The notes: generated by a model not told the origin, from the sequence alone. Positions 19,669 to 28,473 are shown, counted from the stretch's first letter. The stretch is 64,000 bases of DNA from Acutalibacteraceae bacterium (GCA_045589375.1 JAZNOY010000042.1:101-64100); one strand, 5' to 3'. Translations and numbers: made by a program.

Positions 19669-20121
19669 TTCTTTTCTGCCAAAGGCGTAAACCTTAATAA
19701 TAAAATAAGTTATCGGGCCGCCTGCCATAGCTGCAAGCACTGTTCCCCAAAATTGAGGCAAGTCCCAGGTGTTTATTGTTACAAAGGTTACGAGCGAAAA
19801 TATAATAAAATTTGGTATATAGGAAATTACGAATTTTATAAATCTTTCAAGGCGAGGTTTTCTGTTAAATATAAACCGACTGCTTATGAAAAATGCAATT
19901 GTAAGTGCCGTGGCGTATCCAAGCATCGCTGCTATATTTTCCTGCACAACAAAGTGGTAAACCCAAGAAAAAAAAGCATCATTCAGTGTGTTAATAACGC
20001 CTAAAATGCAAAACTCTATAAAGCGTTTATTTATAAATGTCTTTTTAAATGACTCTATAATCTTCGTGATTTTCGCCCCTTTCCCTGAATTTACACTGCC
20101 ATTATAGCAAACATAACCCAA
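19663..20121 (-). CDS. GtrA family membrane protein
   Basis: Four TM segments in a GtrA-like pattern. The start is uncertain: TTG at 20121, with no internal ATG near the N-terminus. Confidence 0.65.
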   Translation of the reverse strand: MGYVCYNGSVNSGKGAKITKIIESFKKTFINKRFIEFCILGVINTLNDAFFSWVYHFVVQENIAAMLGYATALTIAFFISSRFIFNRKPRLERFIKFVISYIPNFIIFSLVTFVTINTWDLPQFWGTVLAAMAGGPITYFIIKVYAFGRKEK

Positions 20122-20236
20122 AAAATCAAGTTTTGGGTTGACTTATCGATTTTGTTGATATAAGATTATAAGGTAACAAGAATAATCCGAGCCTGTTTTA
20201 AAAAGGCGGATTACTCTTGTCACCTTACGGTAATAT

Positions 20237-20313
20237 GTTTCCGTAGCTCAGTTGGATAGAGCGACCGCCTCCTAAGCGGTAGGTCGGAGGTTCGAATCCT
20301 CTCGGGAACGCCA
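20237..20313 (+). tRNA. tRNA-Arg (anticodon CCT)
   Basis: Folded by hand into a cloverleaf: 7-bp acceptor GTTTCCG/CGGGAAC, D arm GCTC..GAGC, anticodon loop CTCCTAA, T arm GGAGG TTCGAAT CCTCT, and an encoded CCA. Confidence 0.95.
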
Positions 20314-20344
20314 AAAGCCTCGTTTTATGAAGCGAGGCTTTTTA
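20314..20344 (+). terminator. intrinsic terminator after tRNA-Arg
   Basis: Stem aagcctcg/cgaggctt followed by TTTTT. Confidence 0.7.
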
Positions 20345-20373
20345 ATTTAATTTGCTATTTACTTTAAAAATAT

Positions 20374-20402
20374 TTGACAATACTAAAATAAGGTGTTATA
20401 AT
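20374..20402 (+). promoter_or_regulatory. consensus sigma-A promoter of the asnS-asnA operon
   Basis: TTGACA, a 17-nt spacer, then TATAAT, both perfect. Confidence 0.65.
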
Positions 20403-20409
20403 CATTCCA

Positions 20410-20688
20410 TATTGTAAAGGCTATGATGAAGAAAAGTATCGATAAAAGCGATGCCAAGTGAGCGGCGGATAGTGAGAACGCCGACAAGCGCATATCGTGA
20501 AGAACACTTCTAAGCCGCAAACTGAAAGGCTTTTGCTTATTAGGGGCGCCGTGTGAGATGCGTTAAAATCTATAGCAGTTAAGGCTGTGAAAGCAGACCG
20601 CTTATGCGGTAAATTGGGTGGCACCGCGGATAAGAATTTTAAACGCTTATTCGTCCTGATAACAGGACGAATGGCGTTTTTTTAGTTT
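20410..20688 (+). promoter_or_regulatory. T-box riboswitch leader, probable Asn (AAC) specifier
   Basis: Conserved T-box sequence AAATTGGGTGGCACCGCGG at 20611-20629. Terminator helix plus T7 at 20644-20683. Stem-I-like AGTGA/GAGA elements with AAC in GTGAGAACGCC at about 20472-20482. Confidence 0.85.
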
Positions 20689-20704
20689 TTAGGGAGGTTT
20701 TATT

Positions 20705-22081
20705 ATGAAACACATTGATATTATTGAAATTATGGAAAATCGCGAATTTTTAAATAAGGATGTAACAGTTTGCGGTTGGGTGCGCACATCGCGTGACTCT
20801 AAAAATATGGCTTTTTTAGAGCTTAACGACGGCACCACACTAAAGCACCTGCAGATAGTAATTGATAAGGCAGTTATGGGCGAAATCGGCGAATATATGA
20901 AGCTTGGCACCTCGCTTAAGGTTACGGGCACCGTGGTTAAATCGGTTGTTGCGCAGGATAGTGTTGAAATCAACGCCAAGGATATAGCCGTTTTAGGTGT
21001 ATGCCCAAGCGAATACCCCTTGCAGAAAAAGCGCCACACGCTTGAATATTTGCGCACAATCCCCGCGCTTCGTGTTCGCACAAACACCTTTAATGCCGTA
21101 TTCCGAGTGCGCTCGGTTGTATCGGCCTGCATCCACGAATTTTTCCAAGCAAGGCACTTCACTTATATCCACACTCCTCTTATAACCGCAAGCGATTGCG
21201 AGGGTGCGGGTGAAATGTTTAAGGTTACAAGCATTGGCTTTAGCAACGAATATAAAACCGAGGAGGAATATAACGAGGCTGATTTCTTCGGCCGCCGTGC
21301 CGCTCTATCGGTTTCAGGTCAGCTTGAGGGCGAGGTTGCCGCTATGGCACTTGGTAAGATTTATACCTTCGGTCCCTCCTTCCGCGCAGAAAAGAGCAAC
21401 ACCCAACGCCATGTTGCAGAATTTTGGCATGTTGAGCCCGAGGTTGCTTTTGCAGAGCTTCCCGATATTATTGAAATTGCCGAGGACCTAATCAAGCACA
21501 TTATCCGTTCGGTTGTTGAAAAATGTCCCCAAGAGCTTAAGTTCTTTGATGCTCACTTTGAAAAAGGGCTTATAGAAAAGCTTCAAAATGTTTTAGATAA
21601 TGATTTCGCAGTTATGACCTATACTGAGGCCATTGAAGCGCTAAAATCAAGCGGTAAGGATTTTCAGTATCCTGTTGAGTGGGGTGCCGACCTTATGACC
21701 GAGCACGAGCGCTATATTTCAGAGGAGGTTTGCCGCCGTCCAGTTTTCCTCACCGACTATCCGAAGGAAATCAAGTCCTTCTATATGAAGCAAAATGCTG
21801 ACGGCAAAACCGTTGCCGCAACCGACCTTTTAGTGCCGGGTGTTGGTGAGATTATCGGCTGCAGCGAAAGAGAGGCCGACCTTGATAAGCTGCTTGAGGC
21901 TATGAATGTTCGCGGAATGAATATTGATGACTATAATGATTATATTTCATTGCGCCGCTTCGGCTCCGTTCCGCATAGCGGCTTCGGCTTGGGACTTGAG
22001 AGAATTATTATGTATGTTACGGGTGTTCAAAATATCCGTGATGTAATTCTCTATCCCCGCACCTTTGGTAACATCTATTAA
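20705..22081 (+). CDS. asnS: asparagine--tRNA ligase
   Basis: Class IIb aaRS with an N-terminal OB fold, motif 2 FRAEKSNTQRH and motif 3 GFGLGLERI. RBS AGGGAGG. Confidence 0.95.
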   Translation: MKHIDIIEIMENREFLNKDVTVCGWVRTSRDSKNMAFLELNDGTTLKHLQIVIDKAVMGEIGEYMKLGTSLKVTGTVVKSVVAQDSVEINAKDIAVLGVCPSEYPLQKKRHTLEYLRTIPALRVRTNTFNAVFRVRSVVSACIHEFFQARHFTYIHTPLITASDCEGAGEMFKVTSIGFSNEYKTEEEYNEADFFGRRAALSVSGQLEGEVAAMALGKIYTFGPSFRAEKSNTQRHVAEFWHVEPEVAFAELPDIIEIAEDLIKHIIRSVVEKCPQELKFFDAHFEKGLIEKLQNVLDNDFAVMTYTEAIEALKSSGKDFQYPVEWGADLMTEHERYISEEVCRRPVFLTDYPKEIKSFYMKQNADGKTVAATDLLVPGVGEIIGCSEREADLDKLLEAMNVRGMNIDDYNDYISLRRFGSVPHSGFGLGLERIIMYVTGVQNIRDVILYPRTFGNIY

Positions 22082-22095
22082 TCAGGAGTTTTATT

Positions 22096-23085
22096 ATGGA
22101 AAAATATGTTTCAAAGCTTGATGTTTTGAAAACTCAGGCCATTATCCGCTCGCTTCGCCACAAATTTGAGGAAAGCCTTTGCGATGCGCTCAATTTAAGC
22201 CGCGTTTCCGCGCCTCTTTTTGTTAAGTGCGGCAGCGGACTTAACGATAACCTCAGCGGCACCGAGCGCCCTGTGAGCTTTGATGTTTTAGATGGCGGTG
22301 AGCTGGTTGAGGTAGTGCACAGCCTTGCAAAATGGAAGCGTATGGCACTCGCAAAATACGGCTTCAAGCTCCATACGGGGCTTTATACCGATATGAACGC
22401 TATCCGCCGTGATGAGCATTGTGACAGCCTTCATTCTTTATATGTTGACCAATGGGATTGGGAAAAGGTTATTGCCGATGAGGATAGGAATGAAGACTAT
22501 CTAAAGGATACCGTTCGCAGAATTTATGCCGCCATTTTAGCAACTGCAGACTATGTTGAACGCAAATACCCCTGCCTTGACAACTATCTTCCTCGTGATA
22601 TTTCCTTTATCACGACTGCTGAGCTTGAAAAGCTTTATCCGACGCTCTCCGCCAAGGAGCGTGAAAATGAAATCACCAAGAAGCTCGGTGCCGTTTTCTT
22701 AATGCAAATCGGTGATACTCTGCCGAGCGGTCAAAAGCACGATAACAGAGCTCCCGATTATGATGATTGGCGTTTAAACGGAGATATTCTCGTTTATAAC
22801 CGCGTTGCCGATGCCGCCATCGAGCTTTCCTCAATGGGAATCAGAGTTAACAAGGAAAGGCTTCTTTATCAGCTTGACAAGGAAAACGCCTTGGATAGAT
22901 TAGAGCTTCCTTTCCATAAGGCTCTTGCAAACGATGATCTGCCGCTCTCAATAGGCGGCGGCATAGGTCAGTCAAGACTTTGTATGCTGCTGCTTCAAAA
23001 GGCGCATATAGGTGAGGTTCACGCTTCGGTTTGGCCGCAAGCCGAGCTTGAGCGCTGTAAAGCACTGGGTATTGAGCTCTTATAA
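22096..23085 (+). CDS. asnA: aspartate--ammonia ligase (asparagine synthetase A)
   Basis: 329 aa with AsnA blocks (VVHSLAKWKR, YVDQWDWEKV, APDYDDW, GGGIGQSRLCMLLL). Confidence 0.95.
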   Translation: MEKYVSKLDVLKTQAIIRSLRHKFEESLCDALNLSRVSAPLFVKCGSGLNDNLSGTERPVSFDVLDGGELVEVVHSLAKWKRMALAKYGFKLHTGLYTDMNAIRRDEHCDSLHSLYVDQWDWEKVIADEDRNEDYLKDTVRRIYAAILATADYVERKYPCLDNYLPRDISFITTAELEKLYPTLSAKERENEITKKLGAVFLMQIGDTLPSGQKHDNRAPDYDDWRLNGDILVYNRVADAAIELSSMGIRVNKERLLYQLDKENALDRLELPFHKALANDDLPLSIGGGIGQSRLCMLLLQKAHIGEVHASVWPQAELERCKALGIELL

Positions 23086-23166
23086 TAACACAAAAACAGG
23101 CGTCGTAAGACGGCGGTTTTTATATGCCCGAATTTCTAACAAAGTCCTTTTATCTTTCAAACGAGC

Positions 23167-26112
23167 CTATAGTGCGCGAATGGATTCAACTGGCTTTTTC
23201 TTTGCCGCATTATTTACAGGAATAAATGTAGCCACCACAACGGTAACCAGCGCCACCACAATAAGCACCATAAACGAAGCGACACCGAACACAAACAGAG
23301 ATGCTCCGAGGCCCCTTGCAAGCTCGGAATTGAGAATGTTACAAATTATTGCACAAGCGATTGATGAAAGTAAAACGCAAATTGTCCCGATAGTAAAGGA
23401 TTCCGAGAAGAATATTTTAAACACATCGGTGCTTCTTGCACCAACCGCACGCAAAATACCGATTTCGCGTCTTTTTTGTGTGATAGATGCCGAAATGAAG
23501 TTAGAAAGCAGGAGTGCTGCAAATACTGCCATAGCTAAACCTATATACAAGAACACCTGTGACATTGAGCTTACCGCTCCATCAATCATTTGAAGGGTGG
23601 ATACGAAATTACCGGTTAGACTTACTCTGCTATCATCCTCTGCCCAAGCCTCATTATTATAAAGCTTCCAATATTCTTCTGCCGCTTCATCGGTAAACTC
23701 AAACGGAACTACTATCTTTGAATAAACCGCATTTTCAGGCTCTACATACTTTGTTGTAACCTCTTCATAGTTATCAACAGTCTTTTTTTGCTCACCCCAA
23801 AGTTGCTCGAACTCATCATTTGAGAGAACTAAACCGCCAACGCCGCCCATATCGTTCTTATCAATATAAACACCTATTATATTGAATTTTAAAAGGTCGC
23901 CGATAGTGCTGTTATTATCATAATCGAACATCTTAACGCCTGCGGTAAGATTTATTTTATCGCGCTTCACAGCCGCAATCAAGGAAGCGGTTTTTTCGCG
24001 CAGCTCCTTCTTCGTGAACTTAACAAACTCACTCTTTTCGGTTTCGGGATTGGTTTTATGAGTGCCGTTATCCCTTACCTGATTTGCCAAGTCGGCAACC
24101 GCATAATATTTTTCGGCGAGTGAATAATTTTCACCGCAACCTTCTGCTAAGCCATAATAAACTTCTACTACCATTTCGGCGAAAGCTCTTGAAGATACTA
24201 TCGTTTCTCCTTTAGAGGGCACCTTTTTATCCGAGGTGACCGCAAGCACTTCGTTGTTGCCTATTGCGGCTTCGTTTAGATAGTTAGCATTGGAATATTC
24301 GGGGAATTTATATTCGCCGTTTTTCATTAGCGCTGAAACGATATTTGTATAGTTATGAATACCCTCTACATAATTATAACCCTCGTTTGCGATTTCCAAA
24401 AGCCGCTCGTTTGATACAAACGCCATTTGATACAAGCCATCGCCCAAAAATGAGCTGTATTTAGTGAAAAGCATTCCGTTTTCCAAGCCGTTTTCTTTTA
24501 AAGCGCTATACTCCTCGGGAATCACGCCGCTATCAATTATTCCTGTTATTTTATATGTATAACCGGAAAGCATTATTTTCTTGCCGATAAGCTCCTCATT
24601 TGCGGAAACCGCGAAAGCAGTTCCGTTGTTATCATAGCCTTCGCAGGCAATAAGCGTTTCTGCCAAATACGAGGAGATGGCAATTTCATTTTTCGCTTTT
24701 GGATATGTGCCTGTGAGCTTGCTTTGAATTGAATTGTTTTGAGGCAAAAAAGCAATAGTAGTTACCGCACCGTTATAATATGAAGAATCGTTTTGGCGCA
24801 TATTAAACCCTGCCGAAAAGCTAACTCCGCCAAAAGCATCAGGCCCGAGCTTTTCGGTCATTTCATTAAGCTCGTCGGGTGTGAACGCGGTATCCGTGTA
24901 GCTTTCATATGTGTTTCCCTCTTTGCCGTTTGAATACCATATAACCTTAGTCTTATAGTTCTTTTCAAGTTGCATGACCGAAGTTCCGCCATCACTAAGG
25001 GTTTGAATAAATGTATCATGACTATCGTAAAAATTAAGGGTTGAAAGCAGACCGAACAGCACGAATGCAACCGTGCATAAAAGTGCTGTAAAGGTGAGGC
25101 GGAAGGGCTTACTGCGAAGGCTCGAAACACCCATTTTAATCGCGTGCTTCATAGGCAGCTTTGAACGAATAAAGCGGCTTTCTTCAGGAGAATACTCCTT
25201 CTTATCAAGCTTTTTGGTTTCAGAGAAAACCTCTTTAGCGCCATCCTCGTTTATACGGCTCAGCTTTTTGAAATTGTTAACATCCTTTTCATTGCCGGCT
25301 ATGATAACATCCTTTGGAGTTCCTCTTAAAAAGGCCCTGATTTTTTCAAAATCGGAATCGGTGAGGTCGCTTCCGTTTTTACAAATAAGCATATCACCAA
25401 CCGAATTAACATTTTGAGAAAGCGCGGTTTGCGGTTGCTTTTCCTTTGTAACATCCGAAAGCACCTTACCATCCTTAAGCTCGATTATTCGGTCGCCATA
25501 CTGCTCGGCAAAGTCGCGGTCGTGCGAAACCACCACAACCAATTTATTTTTTGAAAGCTTTTTAAGGGTATCAAAAACCTGCTTGCCCGTGTTTGAATCG
25601 AGCGCGCCCGTGGGCTCATCTGCCATAATAATCTCAGGCGATTTTATAAGTGCGCGGGCAATTGCAATACGCTGCTTTTGACCGCCCGAAAGAGTGTTGG
25701 GCTTGCGTTTTGCAAAGCCGGTGAGGTCAACCTCCTCCAAAAGCTCGGCAATAGCCGCCTTATCCTTGGGCTTTCCCTGCAATTCAAGCGCAATCGCAAT
25801 ATTATCCTCAACCGAAAACTCATTGAGAATATTGTATTCTTGAAATATAAAACCGATAAAAGTATTGCGGTAGCTATCAAAATCACTCTGTGTAAAATCG
25901 GCACTGCTTCTGCCCTTTACAATGATTTCGCCGCCGGTAGGAGAATCCAAGCCGCCGCAAACATTAAGAAGCGTCGACTTACCGCTACCCGATTTACCGA
26001 GCAAAAACACCATTCCCTTTTCGGGAAAGGTTAGGCTTACGCCGTCAAGCGCGAATACATCGGCACCGTTTTTGGTTTTGTAAATCTTACTTAGGTTTTT
26101 TACTTCTAACAT
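23167..26112 (-). CDS. fused ABC transporter ATPase / FtsX-type permease (MacB-like)
   Basis: N-terminal NBD (GKSGSGKST, LSGGQKQR, ADEPTGALD), one TM segment, a ~550-aa extracytoplasmic region, and a C-terminal FtsX four-helix bundle. Confidence 0.85.
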   Translation of the reverse strand: MLEVKNLSKIYKTKNGADVFALDGVSLTFPEKGMVFLLGKSGSGKSTLLNVCGGLDSPTGGEIIVKGRSSADFTQSDFDSYRNTFIGFIFQEYNILNEFSVEDNIAIALELQGKPKDKAAIAELLEEVDLTGFAKRKPNTLSGGQKQRIAIARALIKSPEIIMADEPTGALDSNTGKQVFDTLKKLSKNKLVVVVSHDRDFAEQYGDRIIELKDGKVLSDVTKEKQPQTALSQNVNSVGDMLICKNGSDLTDSDFEKIRAFLRGTPKDVIIAGNEKDVNNFKKLSRINEDGAKEVFSETKKLDKKEYSPEESRFIRSKLPMKHAIKMGVSSLRSKPFRLTFTALLCTVAFVLFGLLSTLNFYDSHDTFIQTLSDGGTSVMQLEKNYKTKVIWYSNGKEGNTYESYTDTAFTPDELNEMTEKLGPDAFGGVSFSAGFNMRQNDSSYYNGAVTTIAFLPQNNSIQSKLTGTYPKAKNEIAISSYLAETLIACEGYDNNGTAFAVSANEELIGKKIMLSGYTYKITGIIDSGVIPEEYSALKENGLENGMLFTKYSSFLGDGLYQMAFVSNERLLEIANEGYNYVEGIHNYTNIVSALMKNGEYKFPEYSNANYLNEAAIGNNEVLAVTSDKKVPSKGETIVSSRAFAEMVVEVYYGLAEGCGENYSLAEKYYAVADLANQVRDNGTHKTNPETEKSEFVKFTKKELREKTASLIAAVKRDKINLTAGVKMFDYDNNSTIGDLLKFNIIGVYIDKNDMGGVGGLVLSNDEFEQLWGEQKKTVDNYEEVTTKYVEPENAVYSKIVVPFEFTDEAAEEYWKLYNNEAWAEDDSRVSLTGNFVSTLQMIDGAVSSMSQVFLYIGLAMAVFAALLLSNFISASITQKRREIGILRAVGARSTDVFKIFFSESFTIGTICVLLSSIACAIICNILNSELARGLGASLFVFGVASFMVLIVVALVTVVVATFIPVNNAAKKKPVESIRAL

Positions 26113-26150
26113 GTTTTTCCTCCGTTATAAACCGAATTTTATTTTTCTGT

Positions 26151-27191
26151 TTAAAGCTTTATAAAGTTTAGATTTTTACAATCAAATTTATATAGGTCAA
26201 TATTGCCGCCATGGCCTTTTTCGTTTTGAAAGGTAGTAGCAATATAAAACCGCCCTTCGCCTATGCCCGCTATTCCGGCAGAGCCATGGGGGAATCTGCT
26301 GCCGCATATTTGTCCATCGCAAATTCCGCTGCCTAAATCTGTTAGTGGGATGACATCGCCCTCTTCACCCACACCTATTAATGTTTCCGCCTGCGGTTTT
26401 TGGGTGCAATCTATAAAGAACATCGAATAGTTGGGAAATCCTTCCTTTTGCCCGCAATAAACCGCCGCAATCATTGTTTTGGTAACAGAATCATATTCTA
26501 AGTTTTGGATACCGTAGGTTGTGTTGCCGGTATACACGAAATATTTTCCGTTTGGCTTTTTAGGACCTCGCCTATGCATATTAAGCTGGTCAAGCGCAAG
26601 GGCATATTTATCCCAATTTGAAATATCATATTTTAAAATTACCTGATAATCGTTATCCGTTCTTGATACATCTCCGTAAATGCCGTAGGCAACATAAAGA
26701 TAGCTAGGCTCGCCTTCCTCCCCGATAGATGGAGCAAAGGTTATTCCGTCTATTCCGCTGCAGCCAAGGTGGTGGCCCTTGGCGGAATAGTCATCATAAA
26801 CCTCACCTAAAAACACAGCTTTCATAATGCCATCCTTTTCGGCATCCATATTTATTCTATCAATTTTATCAACATCAAAGCAGGCGATATAAAACCCATC
26901 CTTGATCTCGCCGATATATCCGAGATTTTTAAGAATCCCCTTTCCGATCTCATCATTTTTAAATTCAAGGGAGCCATACACTCTACCATCCAGCGAATTA
27001 TAGGCAATACAGCCCAAATGACCGCAAATGCCATTGACCGAGCCGACCATATTCCCGTTCATATCATATTTTATGAGGCAGGTGGTAAAAGAACAATATA
27101 TGTATTCGCGATTTTTATCAATGGCTATTCCTTGAAGATGACTTGCGCTATTTTCAGACGTAACCATAATAGAAACAGGTAAATTTTCCAT
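26151..27191 (-). CDS. hypothetical protein (346 aa, no signal peptide, possibly beta-propeller-like)
   Basis: Long ORF with RBS GAGGTG and a TGcTATTAT -10-like element upstream. I recognised no family motif. Confidence 0.5.
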   Translation of the reverse strand: MENLPVSIMVTSENSASHLQGIAIDKNREYIYCSFTTCLIKYDMNGNMVGSVNGICGHLGCIAYNSLDGRVYGSLEFKNDEIGKGILKNLGYIGEIKDGFYIACFDVDKIDRINMDAEKDGIMKAVFLGEVYDDYSAKGHHLGCSGIDGITFAPSIGEEGEPSYLYVAYGIYGDVSRTDNDYQVILKYDISNWDKYALALDQLNMHRRGPKKPNGKYFVYTGNTTYGIQNLEYDSVTKTMIAAVYCGQKEGFPNYSMFFIDCTQKPQAETLIGVGEEGDVIPLTDLGSGICDGQICGSRFPHGSAGIAGIGEGRFYIATTFQNEKGHGGNIDLYKFDCKNLNFIKL

Positions 27192-27308
27192 TTATGTCAC
27201 CTCAACGAAATAATAGCATAACGTTAAATAAAATGCAATATCATTTTATGGGTTGCTATAACCGTTTTGAAACTTATAAAATTTTACTCGAAAATTCCCC
27301 CCTACAAT

Positions 27309-27336
27309 AAAAAATGCGCCTACCGAAGCAGACGCA
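27309..27336 (-). terminator. strand-specific intrinsic terminator (UUCG tetraloop)
   Basis: Minus strand reads tgcgtctgc-ttcg-gtaggcgca then TTTTTT. Two stem positions are G-U on the minus strand but C-A mismatches on the plus strand. Confidence 0.65.
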
Positions 27337-27360
27337 CAAAAAACGCAAACCCCGATAGTC

Positions 27361-27382
27361 GCCAAACCAACTTAAATAGAAT
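27361..27382. repeat. left arm of the imperfect inverted repeat (pairs with 27491-27515)
   Basis: gccaaaccaacttaaatagaat compared with the reverse complement of attctattaattaagttgatttggc. There are 22 paired positions and a 3-nt bulge. The single mismatch is G-U on the minus strand. Confidence 0.8.
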
Positions 27383-27490
27383 AATACGATCAACATATAC
27401 CCCACTCAAGCGGAATTTGCATTTTTATCAAATTCAGACAGAGTGAGTTTTTACAGTTTAAAGGCATAATATTCCCCTAAAAATCGCACT

Positions 27491-27515
27491 ATTCTATTAA
27501 TTAAGTTGATTTGGC
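27491..27515. repeat. right arm of the imperfect inverted repeat (pairs with 27361-27382)
   Basis: See the left arm. Confidence 0.8.
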
Positions 27516-27522
27516 ATTTATT

Positions 27523-27550
27523 ATTATAACATATTTACCGCAAAATTCAA
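27523..27550 (-). promoter_or_regulatory. candidate sigma-A promoter of the small minus-strand unit
   Basis: Minus strand reads TTGAAT, a 16-nt spacer, then TGtTATAAT (extended -10). The predicted +1 falls at the first base of the 5' helix arm. Confidence 0.45.
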
Positions 27551-27620
27551 CACCGGTTTCGGCGGAGTGTTAGCAAAAATCCACCTCCCTCATCAAATGG
27601 AGACGGACACATGTTATGGA

Positions 27621-27648
27621 ACAAAAAAGACCTGCGAGTGCAAGTCTT
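27621..27648 (-). terminator. intrinsic terminator of the SGNH hydrolase gene
   Basis: Minus strand reads aagacttgc-actc-gcaggtctt then a T-run. There is one G-U on the minus strand, which would be a C-A mismatch on the plus strand. Confidence 0.65.
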
Positions 27649-27675
27649 TTTAATTTATCTATTATGGGCTTTGGA

Positions 27676-28248
27676 TCACGGTAGTTGCTCGCAGAAGCGA
27701 ATGAATTTAGGAGTCCACCACTCTTTATATCCCGTTATATTTGGGTGAACCGGATCTTGCATATAGCGATTATAGTCCGCCTCGCTTATTGCGCGCATAT
27801 CCTTATCGTTATAGAGATCTAAAATATAGAAATCATATTCATTTTGCAAGGAATATAAAAGCTCTACCATTTTGGAATACTTTTCATTTTCAAAATATGT
27901 TCCGGTATAAAAAACGATTGGACAGCCAAAGGTTTCTTTTACATAGTTTAGTATAAAACGAATAGCCTGTTCTATTTCGCAAAAATCAATGTTTTTTGAA
28001 GGCGAGGCATCGTTGGTAGAAAGCTGGCAAATGAACAGATCAAGTGCGGTGGCTTTATCGATCTTTTTAAGCCGCGCCACATAAGACCGAGGGTCAATAT
28101 CGGCGAGAGTTGTTCCGGAAACAGCCTCTTTAATGCAGTTGATGCCACAAGCTTCACTCATAATATCTGCAAAGGAAACACCGCCCGAAGCAGAGCCATA
28201 GGTCACTGAAGAGCCCAAAAACAAAATCGTTTTACCGCTCAGTTGCAT
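27676..28248 (-). CDS. SGNH/GDSL family hydrolase
   Basis: Block I GSSVTYG near the N-terminus and block V DPVHPN near the C-terminus. RBS GAGGTG. Confidence 0.75.
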   Translation of the reverse strand: MQLSGKTILFLGSSVTYGSASGGVSFADIMSEACGINCIKEAVSGTTLADIDPRSYVARLKKIDKATALDLFICQLSTNDASPSKNIDFCEIEQAIRFILNYVKETFGCPIVFYTGTYFENEKYSKMVELLYSLQNEYDFYILDLYNDKDMRAISEADYNRYMQDPVHPNITGYKEWWTPKFIRFCEQLP

Positions 28249-28331
28249 AAAATCACCTCAATGGTATTATATCGTAAAACCAAAGGCGAAGCCTTTGTTG
28301 CCGCGTTTCGCGGTTTCCGCATCGCAATGCG

Positions 28332-28439
28332 GCGGTTTTAATGATACAATGTTCTCAAACGAAAATCTTTGATTTTCATAAATGCGAATGCATTTCGGCG
28401 GCGTTCAACCGCCGTCGGTTTGAGGTTATTATAGCATAA
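28332..28439. repeat. copy 1 of a ~108-nt direct repeat (palindrome-rich promoter/leader cassette), upstream of the SGNH hydrolase gene
   Basis: The 97-nt core at 28343-28439 differs from 31085-31181 at only 2 positions. It contains three perfect hairpins and a TGnTATAAT on the minus strand. Confidence 0.85.
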
Positions 28440-28473
28440 AATGCGGATAATGTATATAACAATTTTAAATATA

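Larger units (their letters stand above)
27309..27516 (-). ncRNA. candidate independent small transcript (~200 nt; structured RNA or small-protein mRNA)
   Basis: It is bounded by a promoter (27523-27550) and a terminator (27309-27336). Its 5' and 3' arms (27491-27515 and 27361-27382) form a 22-bp helix. Inside are an SD (AGGGGA) and a 25-codon ORF (27390-27467). Confidence 0.35.

Noticed and set aside
20237-20313. tRNA genes (Arg at 20.2 kb; Tyr and Thr at 31.4 kb) as genomic-island integration sites for the neighbouring accessory-looking genes
   Set aside because: No integrase is present and no duplicated tRNA 3' segment was seen. The direct repeats around the GH2 gene are unrelated to the tRNA sequences.
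20421-20624. 67-aa minus-strand ORF in the ORF track
   Set aside because: It lies entirely inside the T-box leader, which explains the region. It has no RBS and an Arg/Ser/Cys-rich, low-complexity translation.
27571-27600. CCACCTCCC, an anti-SD-like sequence on the plus strand and a strong SD (AGGGAGGTGG) on the minus strand, suggesting an sRNA or an unannotated gene
   Set aside because: On the minus strand it is followed only by a 9-codon TTG frame, and it lies upstream of the -35 of the candidate small unit. On the plus strand I found no convincing promoter. It may be a remnant, so it is not called as a feature.
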